Below are positions 50,265 to 61,225 of a stretch of DNA of 64,000 bases, one piece after another. Under the pieces are notes generated by a model, which did no database searches, was not told where the DNA came from, and saw only the letters and a list, made by a program, of their open reading frames with translations. The position numbers and the translations under genes are program-made. This DNA is from Gemmatimonadota bacterium. GTDB taxonomy: Bacteria > Gemmatimonadota > Gemmatimonadetes > Gemmatimonadales > GWC2-71-9. Position 1 is the stretch's first letter. Each line of letters opens with the position of its first letter. Where the stretch lies: positions 1,270 to 65,269 of the forward strand of contig QHUY01000028.1 in NCBI GenBank assembly GCA_003223415.1, read 5' to 3'.

Positions 50265-51672
50265 GCGCGGTCCCCGACGGGGCCTCGAGCTTCGAGAGGT
50301 TGTCGAAGCGGGTGTATTCCTTCTTGAAGTAGAGCTTCAAGGTCCCCGTCGGCCCGTTGCGCTGCTTGCCGACGATCAGCTCGGCCAGCCCTTCGATACT
50401 CTCGTTCGTTTTCGGGTCCACCGGGCCGTCGTAGAGCTCCTGGCGGTAGATGAAGCAGACCACGTCGGCGTCCTGCTCGATGGCGCCCGACTCGCGCAGG
50501 TCGGAGAGCTGGGGCCGGCGGTGCTCGCCCCCCCGTTGCTCCGGGGCGCGCGACAGCTGCGACAGCGCAACGACCGGCACGTCCAGCTCCTTGGCGAGCG
50601 CCTTGAGGGCACGCGAGATGTAGGAGATCTCCTGCTGGCGGTTTTCGGCGTCGCTCGGCCCCTGCATCAGCTGGAGGTAGTCCACGACGATCAGCCCGAC
50701 ATCCTGGTCCACCTTGAGCCGTCGCGCCTTGGACCGCATCGCCAGTGGTGTGAGGGCGGCGGAGTCGTCGATCCAGATCGGCGCCGTGCCGAGCAGGCCC
50801 GCGGCGCGGGCCAGCTTGGGGTAGTCGTCGTCCCGCAGTTGACCGCGCCGCAGCCGTTGGGCGTCCACCAGCCCTTCGGAGCAGAGCAGCCGCTGCACCA
50901 GCGCGTCCTTGGACATTTCCAGCGAGAAGATGGCGACGCCAACCTGGTGCTCGATGGCGGCGTGCTGCACCACGTTGAGGACCAGCGCGGTCTTTCCCAT
51001 GGCGGGCCGCGCGGCGATGATCACGAGGTCGCCCCGCTGGAACCCCGCCGTCAGCCGATCGAGGTCCACGAACCCGCTCGGGACGCCCGTCACCGAGCCG
51101 TGGCCGCTCTGGAGCCGCTCGATGCGCTCCATGGTCGGCCAGATCAGCTCCTTGAGGCGGGTGAACTCCTCGGCGCGCCGGAACTGCGCCACCTGGAAGA
51201 TCCGGTGCTCGGCGTTGTCGAGCACCTCCCCCGACGTGCCGCGCGATTCGTAGACGTCCTGGACGATTTCGGTGGCGGCCTCGACCAGCCGGCGCAGCAC
51301 CGCCTTGTCGCGAACGATGCGAACGTGGTAGTCGAGGTTCGCGGCCGTGGGGACGACGTCGATGAGCGCGGCGACGTACTCCATGCCGCCCGCGCGGTCC
51401 AGGTCGCCGCGACGCTGCAGCTCGTCGCGCAGGGTGACCGGGTCGATGACGTCGCCGCGCTCGGCGAGGGCCTGCATCGCCCGGAACAACAGACGGTGGC
51501 CCTCCCGGTAGAACATCGTATCGTCGAGGAACTCGGCCGCTTTGAGGGCCGCGTCCTGGTCGAGCAGCATCGCGCCCAGGACCGCCTGCTCCGCCTCGTT
51601 GCTCCACGGAGCCTGGCGCCCGACAAACGCGCGCTCAGCGGTCGAGGAGGCGGCGGGCGATACGGACGTCAT
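50257..51672 (-). CDS. dnaB: Replicative DNA helicase DnaB
   Basis: AEQAVLGAML N-terminal domain and Walker A ARPAMGKTALVLN. 471 aa. Confidence 0.93.
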   Translation of the reverse strand: MTSVSPAASSTAERAFVGRQAPWSNEAEQAVLGAMLLDQDAALKAAEFLDDTMFYREGHRLLFRAMQALAERGDVIDPVTLRDELQRRGDLDRAGGMEYVAALIDVVPTAANLDYHVRIVRDKAVLRRLVEAATEIVQDVYESRGTSGEVLDNAEHRIFQVAQFRRAEEFTRLKELIWPTMERIERLQSGHGSVTGVPSGFVDLDRLTAGFQRGDLVIIAARPAMGKTALVLNVVQHAAIEHQVGVAIFSLEMSKDALVQRLLCSEGLVDAQRLRRGQLRDDDYPKLARAAGLLGTAPIWIDDSAALTPLAMRSKARRLKVDQDVGLIVVDYLQLMQGPSDAENRQQEISYISRALKALAKELDVPVVALSQLSRAPEQRGGEHRRPQLSDLRESGAIEQDADVVCFIYRQELYDGPVDPKTNESIEGLAELIVGKQRNGPTGTLKLYFKKEYTRFDNLSKLEAPSGTAHG

Positions 51673-52435
51673 CCCAGGTCGGTCGCTTCCAGTTGGGGTT
51701 GCGCAGCAGGGCCGCCGGGTGATAGGTGACGATCAGCGGAATGCCCCGGAAGCGGTGCATCTTGTTCCGCAGGGCACCCAGCGCCTGCTTGGTGTCGAGC
51801 AGCGTCTGCGCCGCCGTCCCGCCCATCGCCAGGATCACCTTGGGGGCCAACAGCTCGAGCTGGCGGAACAGGTACGGCGTGCACGCGGCGATTTCATCGT
51901 ACTGCGGAGCCCGATTCTCCGGCGGGCGGCACTTCACGACGTTGCAGATGAACACCAGCTCGCGCGGCAGGTCGATGGCGGCGAGGATCTTGGTCAGCAG
52001 CTCGCCCGCTTGCCCCACGAACGGCCGGCCGGTCGCATCCTCCGTGCGGCCCGGCCCCTCTCCCACCACGACGAGACGCGCGTCCACCGGGCCCTCGCCC
52101 GGGACCGTGTGCGTGCGGCTCTCGCACAGCCGGCACCTGGTGCAATCGGCCACCAGCCGGGCGACGGCGCCCAAGTCGGCGGCCTGCTGGACCGGATCCG
52201 TGGAGAACAGGTCGCCGGATGGCGGGTCGAACGAGAGCCCTGGAGGTAGGAGCTCGGATGGGGCGGCGGCGGGACTCGGGGCTCGGGACTCGGGACTCGG
52301 GGGGAGCGCGCCCGACCTCGAGCCCCCCGAATCCCGAGCCCCGAGCCCCGAGTCCCCAGGCAGCACGACCGTGTCTCCCCCCACGAGCCGCTGCTGTTCC
52401 AGGTATGCGCGCGCCAGTGCCCGAGCGTCGCTCAC
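51635..52435 (-). CDS. udg: Family 4 uracil-DNA glycosylase with N-terminal extension
   Basis: CTRCRLCE, VGEGPGRTEDATGRPFVGQAG and HPAALLRNP. GTGA overlap with the coaBC stop. The linker contains the family D hairpin. Confidence 0.85.
   Translation of the reverse strand: MSDARALARAYLEQQRLVGGDTVVLPGDSGLGARDSGGSRSGALPPSPESRAPSPAAAPSELLPPGLSFDPPSGDLFSTDPVQQAADLGAVARLVADCTRCRLCESRTHTVPGEGPVDARLVVVGEGPGRTEDATGRPFVGQAGELLTKILAAIDLPRELVFICNVVKCRPPENRAPQYDEIAACTPYLFRQLELLAPKVILAMGGTAAQTLLDTKQALGALRNKMHRFRGIPLIVTYHPAALLRNPNWKRPTWDDVRIARRLLDR
52271..52357. repeat. Mirrored heptamer element, family D (GGGACTC/GGGGCTC), about 34-bp stem with 2 mismatches, inside the udg CDS
   Basis: Left arm 52271-52304 and right arm 52319-52357, compared base by base. 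The spacer is 14 nt. Confidence 0.88.
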
Positions 52436-53622
52436 GTCAACGCCTGCTCCACCGCGTCGAGGATCCGTTCCGCCACGTCGCGCTTGGGGAGGAGCGGCAA
52501 CTCCACCGGCGCCCCGTCCTTGCGCAGGATCGTGACCTTGTTGGTGGCGACTGCGAACCCCGCGCCGGGCTCGAGCGCGTCGTTCAACACCACGAAATCG
52601 AGCCGCTTATCTTGCAACTTCTGCTGCGCCTTGGCTAGGCCGTCCCCCGTCTCGAGCGCGAACCCCACCATCACGCACCCCTTCGGCCGCTTGAGCGAAG
52701 TGAGGATGTCGGGCGTCGCCTCGAGCTGTACGGAGATCCTGCCGTTCGCGCGTGGCCGTTTGGTCGGCGCGCTCTCGAGGGGCCGGTAGTCGGCGGGGGC
52801 GGCGGCCATGATCAGCGCGTCGGCGCCTTTCATGACCGCTTGCACCGCACGCTGCATGTCGGCCGTCGTCTCGACCCGGACTGCTTTGACGCCGGATGGG
52901 AGCGGCAGGTCGGTCGGCCCGACGATGAGAATCACTTCCGCGCCGCGCGTCCACGCCGCTTCGGAGAGGGCGATCCCCATGCGTCCGCTGGATGGGTTGG
53001 TGATCACCCGCACCGGGTCGAGGTGTTCGCGCGTCGGGCCGGCGGTCACCACGACCGTCCGTCCCTGCCACCGGCCCGCGGGGGCCAGCAGCCGCTGCGC
53101 GGCGGCCAGGATCGTCTCGGGCTCACTCATGCGGCCCTGCCGCTCGCTCGGCCCCTCGGCCAGTGGGCCGGTCTCGGGGCCTACGAACCGCCACCCGCGC
53201 TGGGCGAGCGTCTTGATGTTGGCCTGGGTCGCGGGGTGCGCATACATGGCATCGTTCATCGCGGGGGCGCAGAGCACCGGCCCCGTCCGTGCGAGCAGCA
53301 GCGCGGTCAGGAGATCGTCGGCCTGGCCCTGCGCGGCCCGCGCCAGGAGCTGTGCGGTCGCCGGGGCGAGAATGATGAGGTCCGGGGTCTTGGCGAGTCC
53401 GATGTGGGCCAGGGCGTGGTCCCGCTCCCACAGCGAGGCTAGGACCTTCCGGCCGGTGAGGGCTTCGAAGGTGAGAGGCCGGACGAACTCCGCCGCGCCG
53501 GCGGTCATCACCACCTCCACCGTCGCGCCGTCTTCCAGGAGCCGCCGGACCAGCATGCAGCTCTTGTAACAGGCGATCCCGCCCGACACGCCGAGGACGA
53601 CGTGACGGCCGGCGAGCGGCAT
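52432..53622 (-). CDS. coaBC: Bifunctional phosphopantothenoylcysteine decarboxylase/phosphopantothenate-cysteine ligase
   Basis: GVSGGIACYK, PAMNDAMY and the C-terminal CoaB domain. 396 aa. Confidence 0.92.
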   Translation of the reverse strand: MPLAGRHVVLGVSGGIACYKSCMLVRRLLEDGATVEVVMTAGAAEFVRPLTFEALTGRKVLASLWERDHALAHIGLAKTPDLIILAPATAQLLARAAQGQADDLLTALLLARTGPVLCAPAMNDAMYAHPATQANIKTLAQRGWRFVGPETGPLAEGPSERQGRMSEPETILAAAQRLLAPAGRWQGRTVVVTAGPTREHLDPVRVITNPSSGRMGIALSEAAWTRGAEVILIVGPTDLPLPSGVKAVRVETTADMQRAVQAVMKGADALIMAAAPADYRPLESAPTKRPRANGRISVQLEATPDILTSLKRPKGCVMVGFALETGDGLAKAQQKLQDKRLDFVVLNDALEPGAGFAVATNKVTILRKDGAPVELPLLPKRDVAERILDAVEQALT

Positions 53623-53834
53623 CAGACCTCCTGCCGCCGCCGCCGGACGAGCTTGTACTTGAGATGCGCCTGCACGAGCTCGTCGAGCGCCCGGGTGGTG
53701 AGCTTCTCCTCGAAGTCCACCGAGCGGTCGCGCGGGAATTCGTTGACGAACCGGGCGAACTTCGCCGCGACCAGGACGCCGAGGTACTTGTTTTGCGTCT
53801 GCACGGCGACTTCCTGCGGGGTGATGATGCGCAT
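53622..53834 (-). CDS. rpoZ: DNA-directed RNA polymerase subunit omega
   Basis: 70 aa. NKYLGVLVAAKFAR core and the conserved gmk-rpoZ neighbourhood. Confidence 0.8.
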   Translation of the reverse strand: MRIITPQEVAVQTQNKYLGVLVAAKFARFVNEFPRDRSVDFEEKLTTRALDELVQAHLKYKLVRRRRQEV

Positions 53835-53843
53835 TCCTACTCC

Positions 53844-54512
53844 TTAGTGCGTTTGCTTCAGCTGGCTCAACTCGGCCGCCAGCCCTCGAATGATCTCGCC
53901 GATGATCAATGGGTCCGCCCGATGGCCCTCCTGCACAGGCGCATCGATGAGGTCGCTGACCTCGCGAACCGCCTTCTCGAGATCGTCGTTCACGATCCAG
54001 TAGTCGTACAGTACCGCCCCGGCGACATTTTGCTGGGCCCGCTGCAATTCCTCGCGCGCCTTTTCGAGGCGCAGCCGCAACGTCTGTCCTGATTCACTGT
54101 GTCTCTGCCGCAACCGCTGCACCAAGACCTCGGCCGACGGTGGCAGGATGAACATGCTGACCGACCGTGGCCGCGGGAACTGACGGCGAACCTGAATGGC
54201 TCCCTGGACCTCAATGTCCAAGAGGACGTGCTTCCCAAGGCCCAGGACTCGCTCGACCTCGCTCTTCAGCGTCCCGTAGAGCTCACCGGCATACCGGGCG
54301 GTTTCGAGGAACTCCCCGTCGACCTCTCGCTTGAGAAACTCCTCGCGGGTGAGGAAATAATAGGCCTCACCATGCTTCTCCCCTTGTCGTGGTTTGCGCG
54401 TCGTCGCCGAGATTGAGTAACCGACGTCGGAGCGCCGCGCCAGGAGCGTCTTCGATATCGTCGTCTTGCCGCCGCCCGAAGGCGCCGACAGCACGACGAC
54501 TCGCGGCGTCAC
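53844..54512 (-). CDS. gmk: Guanylate kinase
   Basis: P-loop SAPSGGGKTT and ISATTRKPRQGE. GTGA overlap with the yicC stop. 222 aa. Confidence 0.9.
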   Translation of the reverse strand: MTPRVVVLSAPSGGGKTTISKTLLARRSDVGYSISATTRKPRQGEKHGEAYYFLTREEFLKREVDGEFLETARYAGELYGTLKSEVERVLGLGKHVLLDIEVQGAIQVRRQFPRPRSVSMFILPPSAEVLVQRLRQRHSESGQTLRLRLEKAREELQRAQQNVAGAVLYDYWIVNDDLEKAVREVSDLIDAPVQEGHRADPLIIGEIIRGLAAELSQLKQTH

Positions 54513-55390
54513 TCCAGGTTCTCCAGCTGTTCCCGAAACCGCTCGAGCTCGCCCTTCATGGCGATGACGGCCTGGGTCATCGCGGCGTCGTTCGCCTTCG
54601 CGCCCATCGTGTTGACTTCGCGCAGCAATTCTTGCGCGAGGAATCCCAGCTGCTTGCCCACCGCCCCGTTCGCCTGCAGCGCCTCCCGGCAAGCGGCCAG
54701 GTGGGTGCGGAACCGGACCAGCTCCTCGGTAATGTCCACCCGGTCGGCCATCAACGCGATCTCGAGCGCCAGCCGCTGCTCGTCCAGCTGGACTCCGGCC
54801 GCGAGCTCCGCCACCGCCTTCTTCAGCCTCTCGTATTCCACCGCGAGCCGCGCTGGGGCCCGGTCAGCGACGACCCCCGCGTGCGTCTCCAAGGCGTCCA
54901 GCCGGTCCACCAGGTCTGCGGCGAGGGCCTGCCCCTCCCGCTCCCGCATCGCCACAACCTCACGGGCCGCCAGCTCCACCAGCGGCTGGAGGTCCGCCCA
55001 CGTCACGGCCGCAGCGGTCCCGCCGTTGCCCGACACCGTGAGGACGTCGGGGTGGCGGGCCACGAACGCCAGGTCGGGCTCGCCCTTCAGCCGGAGCTTC
55101 TTCTTCAGCTCTCGCAGCGCGGCGACCACCTGCCGCGCCCGCGCGAGGTCGAGGGAGACCGCGGCCTCGGTCTCCGGCGCCTCGAGCCAGCGGGCCGACA
55201 CCGACACGTGGCCGCGCTCGAGCAGGGTCCGCAGCCGCTCGCGCAGCTCACCCTCGACGCCGGCGAGGTCGAACGGCAGTCTGAGCTGGGGGTTGAAATA
55301 GCGATGGTTGACGGTGCGGATCTCGATCCGCAGCCGTCCACCGAGGACCTTCCCATCGGCAGAGCCGAACCCCGTCATGCTCCGCGGCAC
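54509..55390 (-). CDS. YicC/YloC family protein
   Basis: The MPRSMTGFG N-terminus and C-terminal helical domain are typical of the family. 293 aa. Confidence 0.85.
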   Translation of the reverse strand: MPRSMTGFGSADGKVLGGRLRIEIRTVNHRYFNPQLRLPFDLAGVEGELRERLRTLLERGHVSVSARWLEAPETEAAVSLDLARARQVVAALRELKKKLRLKGEPDLAFVARHPDVLTVSGNGGTAAAVTWADLQPLVELAAREVVAMREREGQALAADLVDRLDALETHAGVVADRAPARLAVEYERLKKAVAELAAGVQLDEQRLALEIALMADRVDITEELVRFRTHLAACREALQANGAVGKQLGFLAQELLREVNTMGAKANDAAMTQAVIAMKGELERFREQLENLE

Positions 55391-55431
55391 TGTCGATAAA
55401 CCTAGCCGCGGACTGCACTTAATTCAACGAG

Positions 55432-57246
55432 TCAGTTGGTGAAGATCCAGCGGACCCCGAAGAATTGAGCACGGCGGGGATAGTCCAGCCCGTGCACGTA
55501 CCCACCGTGAAAGAATCTGCTGTTGCGCTGCAGCCAGAACGCCGTGACGCCCACGATCTGCAGCTGCACGTTGAACTCGGAGAACGTGGCCCCCGGCAGG
55601 GGGAGCCGCGACGCGTTTCCCAGCGAGTCGCGGTGCACGCCGCCCAGGCCGCCGCTCCAGGACTCGAACGCGTACTCCGCCCGCAACGCAAACGCCCCGC
55701 TGCGGAAGTGCCGCCAGAACTTCGAGTAGAAGGTGACGGAGAGGCGGCCGTGGTAGGGCGGCTCGAAGTCCCCACCGCCGGCGAGGGGGTTGAAATACCA
55801 GCCGGAGAGCGTAAGCCCCGGCAGCGGCCGCACGGCGCCCTGGACTGTGACGTAGTTGCTGCGGGGTGTCGCGCCGAGGCCGTTGATCGAGTCCCGGCCC
55901 ACGAGCCCCGCGGCGAAGCCCATGGGGGAGAACGGATCGCGCCGCACGCCGCCGAGCTCCAGGGAGGCGAAGCGGCCGTCCCAGCGGACCGCGCCGGCCA
56001 CGTCGGTTGCACGCTGCGCCGTGTCGGCCTGCAGCGCGGGGGCGTCGAGGTCCTTCCCCGCCGCGAGGTCGCCGTGCGCCGAAAAGCCGAACGGGAGCCG
56101 CAGGCCGGCGGAGAGATGGGCCCGCTCTCCAACGCGGCCGAGCGTGTAGGCAGTGTGGCGCGCGTCCGCGGCGAGGGTAAGGAACGGCAGCGGCATCCAT
56201 GCGGCCTGCCCTTCCAGGCCCCAGGACCTCTGGAATCCGCCTGACGTCATTGCTACCGAGGCGCTGGCGCGGTGCCAGGTGTCGCTCAGCGCCAGTCGCG
56301 CCGCGGCCACGGTGCGGTCGGCGACGGCCGAGTCGCCGAGGACGGTGGTGCTGGCGATCGTGCCGTCGATCCGGGGTCCTGGCCCGACGCTGTCCGGCCG
56401 CGCGGCGAGGAAGAACCGCAGCAGGCGGTCCTGCCGCTTCTCCTTCCGGTGGTCGACGACGCCGGCCAGGGCTTTGCGCTCCCACGTCGAAGTCAGGATC
56501 TGATAGGAGATCCCGCCGCGATCGTTCGGCACGTACTCGCCTTTGAGCCACAGGTCCACGCTGTTGAACGCCGTGGTCGGCGTTCCCGGCACGCCGGCGA
56601 TGGCGTTCCAGTCGGCGCCGATGGAAAGCCCGGCCCCCGAGCGCCAGCGCTTGTGGAAGCCGCCGCGATAATCGGCGATGGAGTAGTCGCCGGTCTGGAT
56701 CCGCACCTCCGAGACCGGGACCGTGGAGCGCGGCCGCATCGAGACGAGGTAGACGCGCAGCGTCGCGGGCAGGACGACGACGTCCACGCGCTCGAGCATG
56801 GCCAGGGAGATGCGCGCGGGGTCGAGGAGCACCGAGTCCCGCCCCATCGGCAGATAGGGCATGCCGTCCCAGTAGATCTCGATCCCCTGGCCGCCGCGGC
56901 CGCCGTACAGCACGACCTCCGGCGCGCCATAGAACCCGCCGCGCGCCACATAGACACCGGGGACGTGCAGCAGCAGATCGCTCAGCGTGGCCGCGTTGGT
57001 GAACACGAGCGAGTCGAGGGGAAAGCTGTAACGGGCGCCCAGCGGGAGGGGGCCCGGGAGGATGGCGGCCGGGAAGGTGGGCAGGTAAGCGGTTGTGGTG
57101 TCGTGCCGGGAAGTGGTGTCGGCCTTCGCGCCGCGGCGGCGGGTCGTGTCTTGGAGCGCGGGTCTCCCGAGCGAATCGACCTGCGCGGCGGCCGCCCGCG
57201 CCGCCGCGGTCAGAGCCCCCGCCAGGAGGAGGCTCCGCAGGATCAA
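55432..57246 (-). CDS. Outer-membrane beta-barrel protein with TonB-dependent-receptor plug-like N-terminal domain
   Basis: Signal peptide (M)[21 protein letters not shown]. Plug-like segment (YVARGG...IEIYWDGMP...LERVDVV). Alternating beta-strand pattern with a C-terminal ...VRWIFTN. TTGA overlap with the pepA stop. Confidence 0.65.
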   Translation of the reverse strand: MILRSLLLAGALTAAARAAAAQVDSLGRPALQDTTRRRGAKADTTSRHDTTTAYLPTFPAAILPGPLPLGARYSFPLDSLVFTNAATLSDLLLHVPGVYVARGGFYGAPEVVLYGGRGGQGIEIYWDGMPYLPMGRDSVLLDPARISLAMLERVDVVVLPATLRVYLVSMRPRSTVPVSEVRIQTGDYSIADYRGGFHKRWRSGAGLSIGADWNAIAGVPGTPTTAFNSVDLWLKGEYVPNDRGGISYQILTSTWERKALAGVVDHRKEKRQDRLLRFFLAARPDSVGPGPRIDGTIASTTVLGDSAVADRTVAAARLALSDTWHRASASVAMTSGGFQRSWGLEGQAAWMPLPFLTLAADARHTAYTLGRVGERAHLSAGLRLPFGFSAHGDLAAGKDLDAPALQADTAQRATDVAGAVRWDGRFASLELGGVRRDPFSPMGFAAGLVGRDSINGLGATPRSNYVTVQGAVRPLPGLTLSGWYFNPLAGGGDFEPPYHGRLSVTFYSKFWRHFRSGAFALRAEYAFESWSGGLGGVHRDSLGNASRLPLPGATFSEFNVQLQIVGVTAFWLQRNSRFFHGGYVHGLDYPRRAQFFGVRWIFTN

Positions 57247-58739
57247 GCGCCCGCGCGCCGCAGCAGGAATTCGGTGAAGAGCCGCACGCCGATCGCCGTG
57301 GGTCCCTTCACCTGGTGCGGACCTTCGCCTTCGGTATAGGCGGTCCCGGCGATGTCGAGGTGGACCCACGGGTAACCCTCGACGAACTCCCGTAGAAACC
57401 AGCCGCCCGCGATCGTCCCGGCCCCGCGCCCGCCCGAGTTCTTCACGTCGGCGATCTCGGACTTCACGAGGTCGCGGTACTCGTCCCACAACGGCAGCGG
57501 CCAGCAGCGCTCGCCGGCACGCTCGCCGGCGTCACGCACTTCGGCGATCAGGGTCTCGTCGTTGCCCATGAGTCCGATCGCCTGGCTGCCCAGGGCGATG
57601 GAGACCGCGCCAGTGAGGGTCGCGGCATCGAGGGCGGCAGCGGGCTTGTAGCGGCGGGCGTAGGAGAGCGCGTCGCACAGGATCAGCCGCCCCTCAGCGT
57701 CGGTGTTGACGATCTCGATCGTCTTGCCAAGGTGACTTTTGACCACGTCTCCGGGCTTCACCGCGCTGCCGGAGGGCAGGTTTTCGGTGGACGGGATCAG
57801 GCCAATCACATTGAGCTTCGGCTTCAGGCGCCCCAGCACCTCGAAGGTGCCCAGCACCGCCGCCGCCCCGGACATGTCGTACTTCATGTCCTCCATATTC
57901 TGCGAAGGCTTGATCGAGATGCCGCCGGAGTCGAAGGTGACCCCTTTCCCCAGCAGGGCCAGCGGCGCCGCGTCCCCTGCCCCGGTGTACTCCAGGGCGA
58001 TGAACCGCGGCTCCTGCTGCGAGCCCTGCGCCACGGCGAGCAGCGCTCCCATCCCTTCCTTCTTGATGGCCGCCAGATCGAGCACGGTGACGGTGAAGCC
58101 GTGGGTCTTGCCCAGCTGCACCGCCCGTTCGGCGAGATACCGGGGCGTGCAGACGTTGCCGGGCTCCATCTGCAGGGTGCGGGCGAGGTGGGCGCCCGCC
58201 GCGATCGCCGCGCCCAGCTGGCGGCCGGCCTCGGCGTCCTTGGACTCCTTCGCGTCGACGACCAGGTCGACCGCCGCGACCTCACGCCGCGGCTCGTCGT
58301 TGCTCAGCTGCTTGAATTCGTTGAAGATCCACGCGCCGTGGGCGGCGCCCTCGGCCACCACCTGGCCAAGGTCACGGGCCGACACGTCGTTGCGAGATTC
58401 GGGCGCGACGGCGAAGGCGAACGTGGTCGCACCGAGCGTGCGCGCGCGCTTGCCGGCGACGGCGGCGGCCCGGCGCAACGCGGTGCGGGTGACCTCGGCC
58501 GCCTTGCCCACGCCGACGAGCAGCAGGCGCTGCGCCGTGCCGGCCGTGGGATAGAGCAGCAGCATCTCGTCGCGCTTGCCCTTGAAGTCGCCGCTCGCGA
58601 GCGCGCGGGCCACCACGCCCCCCGCCGCCCGGTCGAGCTCGGTGAGCGAGGCGGGAAGCTCGCCGCCCGCGACGAGCGCCACCGCGAGCAGCGGCGTCTC
58701 CACCTGGGCGAGGGGCTTGGTGGTGAGGGAGCTGTTCAT
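57243..58739 (-). CDS. pepA: Leucyl aminopeptidase (M17)
   Basis: [12 protein letters not shown] and NTDAEGRL motifs. ATGA overlap with the icd stop. 498 aa. Confidence 0.92.
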   Translation of the reverse strand: MNSSLTTKPLAQVETPLLAVALVAGGELPASLTELDRAAGGVVARALASGDFKGKRDEMLLLYPTAGTAQRLLLVGVGKAAEVTRTALRRAAAVAGKRARTLGATTFAFAVAPESRNDVSARDLGQVVAEGAAHGAWIFNEFKQLSNDEPRREVAAVDLVVDAKESKDAEAGRQLGAAIAAGAHLARTLQMEPGNVCTPRYLAERAVQLGKTHGFTVTVLDLAAIKKEGMGALLAVAQGSQQEPRFIALEYTGAGDAAPLALLGKGVTFDSGGISIKPSQNMEDMKYDMSGAAAVLGTFEVLGRLKPKLNVIGLIPSTENLPSGSAVKPGDVVKSHLGKTIEIVNTDAEGRLILCDALSYARRYKPAAALDAATLTGAVSIALGSQAIGLMGNDETLIAEVRDAGERAGERCWPLPLWDEYRDLVKSEIADVKNSGGRGAGTIAGGWFLREFVEGYPWVHLDIAGTAYTEGEGPHQVKGPTAIGVRLFTEFLLRRAGA

Positions 58740-59950
58740 GTCAGGTGCTCGATTATGGCGTCCCCGAAGGCGGAGGTCGAGACCGTCGTGGCGCCGGGCC
58801 TGAGCCGGGCCAGATCGTAGGTCACGCGGCCGGCGCCGATGGCGCCCTCCAGCGCGCGAGCGATCGCGGCCGCGACGTCCCTCCAGCCCAACTCTTCGAA
58901 CATCATGGCGCCCGAAAGGATCACGCTCCCGGGGTTCACCTTGTCCTGCCCCGCGTACTTGGGCGCGGTGCCGTGCGTCGCCTCGAACACGGCATAGCCG
59001 TCCCCAATGTTCGCGCCGGGCGCCATGCCGAGGCCGCCCACCTGCGCCGCGCACGCGTCCGAAAGGTAATCGCCGTTCAGGTTCGGCGCGGCGATGACCG
59101 CGTACTCTTCGGGGCGCAGCAACAGCTGTTGGAACATCGCATCGGCGATGCGGTCCTTGATGACCACCTTGCCCGGCGGCCTCTTCCCGTCTCCCGCTTC
59201 CACTTCGGTCATCGTCCGGTCCCCGAACCGTTCTTTCGCGACCTCGTACCCCCAGTCCCGGAAGGCGCCCTCGGTGAACTTCATGATGTTCCCCTTGTGC
59301 ACCAGGGTCACCGACGGGCGGCCGGCGGTCAGGGAGTACTGGATCGCTTTCGCGACCAGGCGTTGCGAGCCGAACCGCGACATCGGCTTGATGCCGATGG
59401 CGCTGTGCTCGCGAATCATGGCGCCCATCTCCTTGGTCAGGAAGTCGCGCACCCGGCTTGCCTTGTCGCTGCCCGCCGGGTACTCGATGCCGGCGTAGAC
59501 GTCCTCGATGTTTTCGCGGAAGATCACGACGTCGAGCCGTTCAGGCGCCTTCATGGGTGAGGGGACGCCGCGGAACCACCGGACGGGTCGGATGCAGGCG
59601 TACAGATCGAGCAGTTGGCGCAGCGTCACGTTGAGCGAGCGGATACCGCCGCCCACGGGCGTGGTGAGCGGCCCCTTGATGGCCACGCGATGCTCGCGGA
59701 TGACTGCGAGCGTCTCCTCGGGGAGCCAGGTGCCGCAGCGTTGGAAGGCCTTCTCCCCGGCCAGTGTCTCTCGCCAGACGACCCGGCGCTGCCCGCCGGA
59801 GGTCTTGGCGACCGCTGCGTCGAACACCAGCCGCGCGGCGCGCCAAATGTCGGGGCCAGTGCCATCACCCTCGATGAACGGGATGATCGGTTGGTCCGGG
59901 ACGAGCCAGCGGCTGTCCCGGTAGTCGATTTTCTGACCCGCATCGCTCAC
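58736..59950 (-). CDS. icd: NADP-dependent isocitrate dehydrogenase
   Basis: [10 protein letters not shown] and NLNGDYLSD motifs. GTGA overlap with the gltA stop. 404 aa. Confidence 0.92.
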   Translation of the reverse strand: MSDAGQKIDYRDSRWLVPDQPIIPFIEGDGTGPDIWRAARLVFDAAVAKTSGGQRRVVWRETLAGEKAFQRCGTWLPEETLAVIREHRVAIKGPLTTPVGGGIRSLNVTLRQLLDLYACIRPVRWFRGVPSPMKAPERLDVVIFRENIEDVYAGIEYPAGSDKASRVRDFLTKEMGAMIREHSAIGIKPMSRFGSQRLVAKAIQYSLTAGRPSVTLVHKGNIMKFTEGAFRDWGYEVAKERFGDRTMTEVEAGDGKRPPGKVVIKDRIADAMFQQLLLRPEEYAVIAAPNLNGDYLSDACAAQVGGLGMAPGANIGDGYAVFEATHGTAPKYAGQDKVNPGSVILSGAMMFEELGWRDVAAAIARALEGAIGAGRVTYDLARLRPGATTVSTSAFGDAIIEHLT

Positions 59951-61140
59951 GCGGGGCCCTCCCCTCCCCCGGCGCCGCCGCCGCCGCTGCTCCCGCCGCC
60001 CTCGCCCCGCTTGCGCACGGGGACCCACTTGCGGTCCATCGCGCCGACGTACTCGGCGCGGGGGCGGATCAGCCGATTGTCGCCGTGCTGCTCGAGCACG
60101 TGAGCGCACCAGCCGCTGACCCGGCTCACCGCGAAGATCGGCGTGTACAGGTCGAGCGGGATGCCCATGACGTAGTAGGTGGAGGCGGAGTAGAAGTCGA
60201 CGTTGCAGTACAGCCCCTTGTCGCGCTTCATCAGGTCCTCGATGGTGCGTTGCATCGCGAACCATTGGGACTGGCCGGCCTTGCGACCCAGCTCCTCGGA
60301 CATCCGCCGCAGGTGCGCCGCCCGGGGGTCCTCGGTGCGATATACACGGTGCCCGAAGCCCATGATCTTCTGCTTCCGCGCCAGCGCCTCGCGGATCCAC
60401 GCCTCGGCGCGATCCGGCGTCTTGATGTCCAGGAGCATCTTCATCACTTCGGTGTTGGCGCCGCCGTGCAGCGGCCCCGCGAGCGCCGCGATCGCGCCGG
60501 TCACCGCCCCGTGCATGTCGGCCAGCGTCGCCGCGATCACCCGGGCGGCAAAGGTCGAGGCGTTGAGCTCGTGGTCGGCGTGGAGAATGAGCGCGATGTC
60601 CAAGGCGTGCTCGACCTCGGTCTCCGGGACCGCGCCCGACGTCATGTACAGGAGGTTGGCGGCCAGGGCGAGCCCACGACGCGGCGCGAGCGGCTTCTGG
60701 CCGTTCCGCAGCCGGTGGAACATGGCCACCATCGTCGGCAGCTGCGCGATCAGCCGCACCGCCTTGCGGTACTCGGCGGCGGCCGAGTTGTCGTGGCGAT
60801 CCGGGTCCCCGAACACCGAGGCGCTCACCGCGGTCCGCAGCACGTTCATCGGATTCGCGCTGAGCGGCGCGTCTTTGATGACACGCTGCACGACCTTGTC
60901 CAGCTTCTGGGCCGCTTTGAGCTGGGCCGCGAATGTTTTGAGCTGCTCGCGCGTCGGCAGGTCGCCCTTGAGGAGCAGATAGGCCGTCTCCTCGAAGGTG
61001 GAGTGGTCGGCCAGGTCGTGGATGTCGTAGCCGCGATAGATGAGCCGGCCTTCCTCGCCGAACACGTAACAAATGGCCGACTCGTTGGCTACGACCCCTT
61101 CCAGGCCCCGGGACAGCGCGGTTTCAGCAGCGGTGGGCAT
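59947..61140 (-). CDS. gltA: Citrate synthase (short type II-like form with Gly-rich C-terminal tail)
   Basis: GFGHRVY and [10 protein letters not shown] motifs. 397 aa. Confidence 0.9.
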   Translation of the reverse strand: MPTAAETALSRGLEGVVANESAICYVFGEEGRLIYRGYDIHDLADHSTFEETAYLLLKGDLPTREQLKTFAAQLKAAQKLDKVVQRVIKDAPLSANPMNVLRTAVSASVFGDPDRHDNSAAAEYRKAVRLIAQLPTMVAMFHRLRNGQKPLAPRRGLALAANLLYMTSGAVPETEVEHALDIALILHADHELNASTFAARVIAATLADMHGAVTGAIAALAGPLHGGANTEVMKMLLDIKTPDRAEAWIREALARKQKIMGFGHRVYRTEDPRAAHLRRMSEELGRKAGQSQWFAMQRTIEDLMKRDKGLYCNVDFYSASTYYVMGIPLDLYTPIFAVSRVSGWCAHVLEQHGDNRLIRPRAEYVGAMDRKWVPVRKRGEGGGSSGGGGAGGGEGPA

Positions 61141-61225
61141 AGGTCGGGAACACCAATTCGAAGTTGAGGTAAATGCTCTAGACGGTGCAGTCTACCTAGC
61201 CCGGGGCGGGTTGCGCCAGCCGCGG

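Noticed and set aside
61141-61225. Promoter-like hexamers and a weak 5-bp inverted repeat (TAGAC-N6-GTCTA) in the gltA-divergent region.
   Set aside because: They are too short and degenerate to support a call without transcription start data. Only the perfect 14-bp palindrome was retained.
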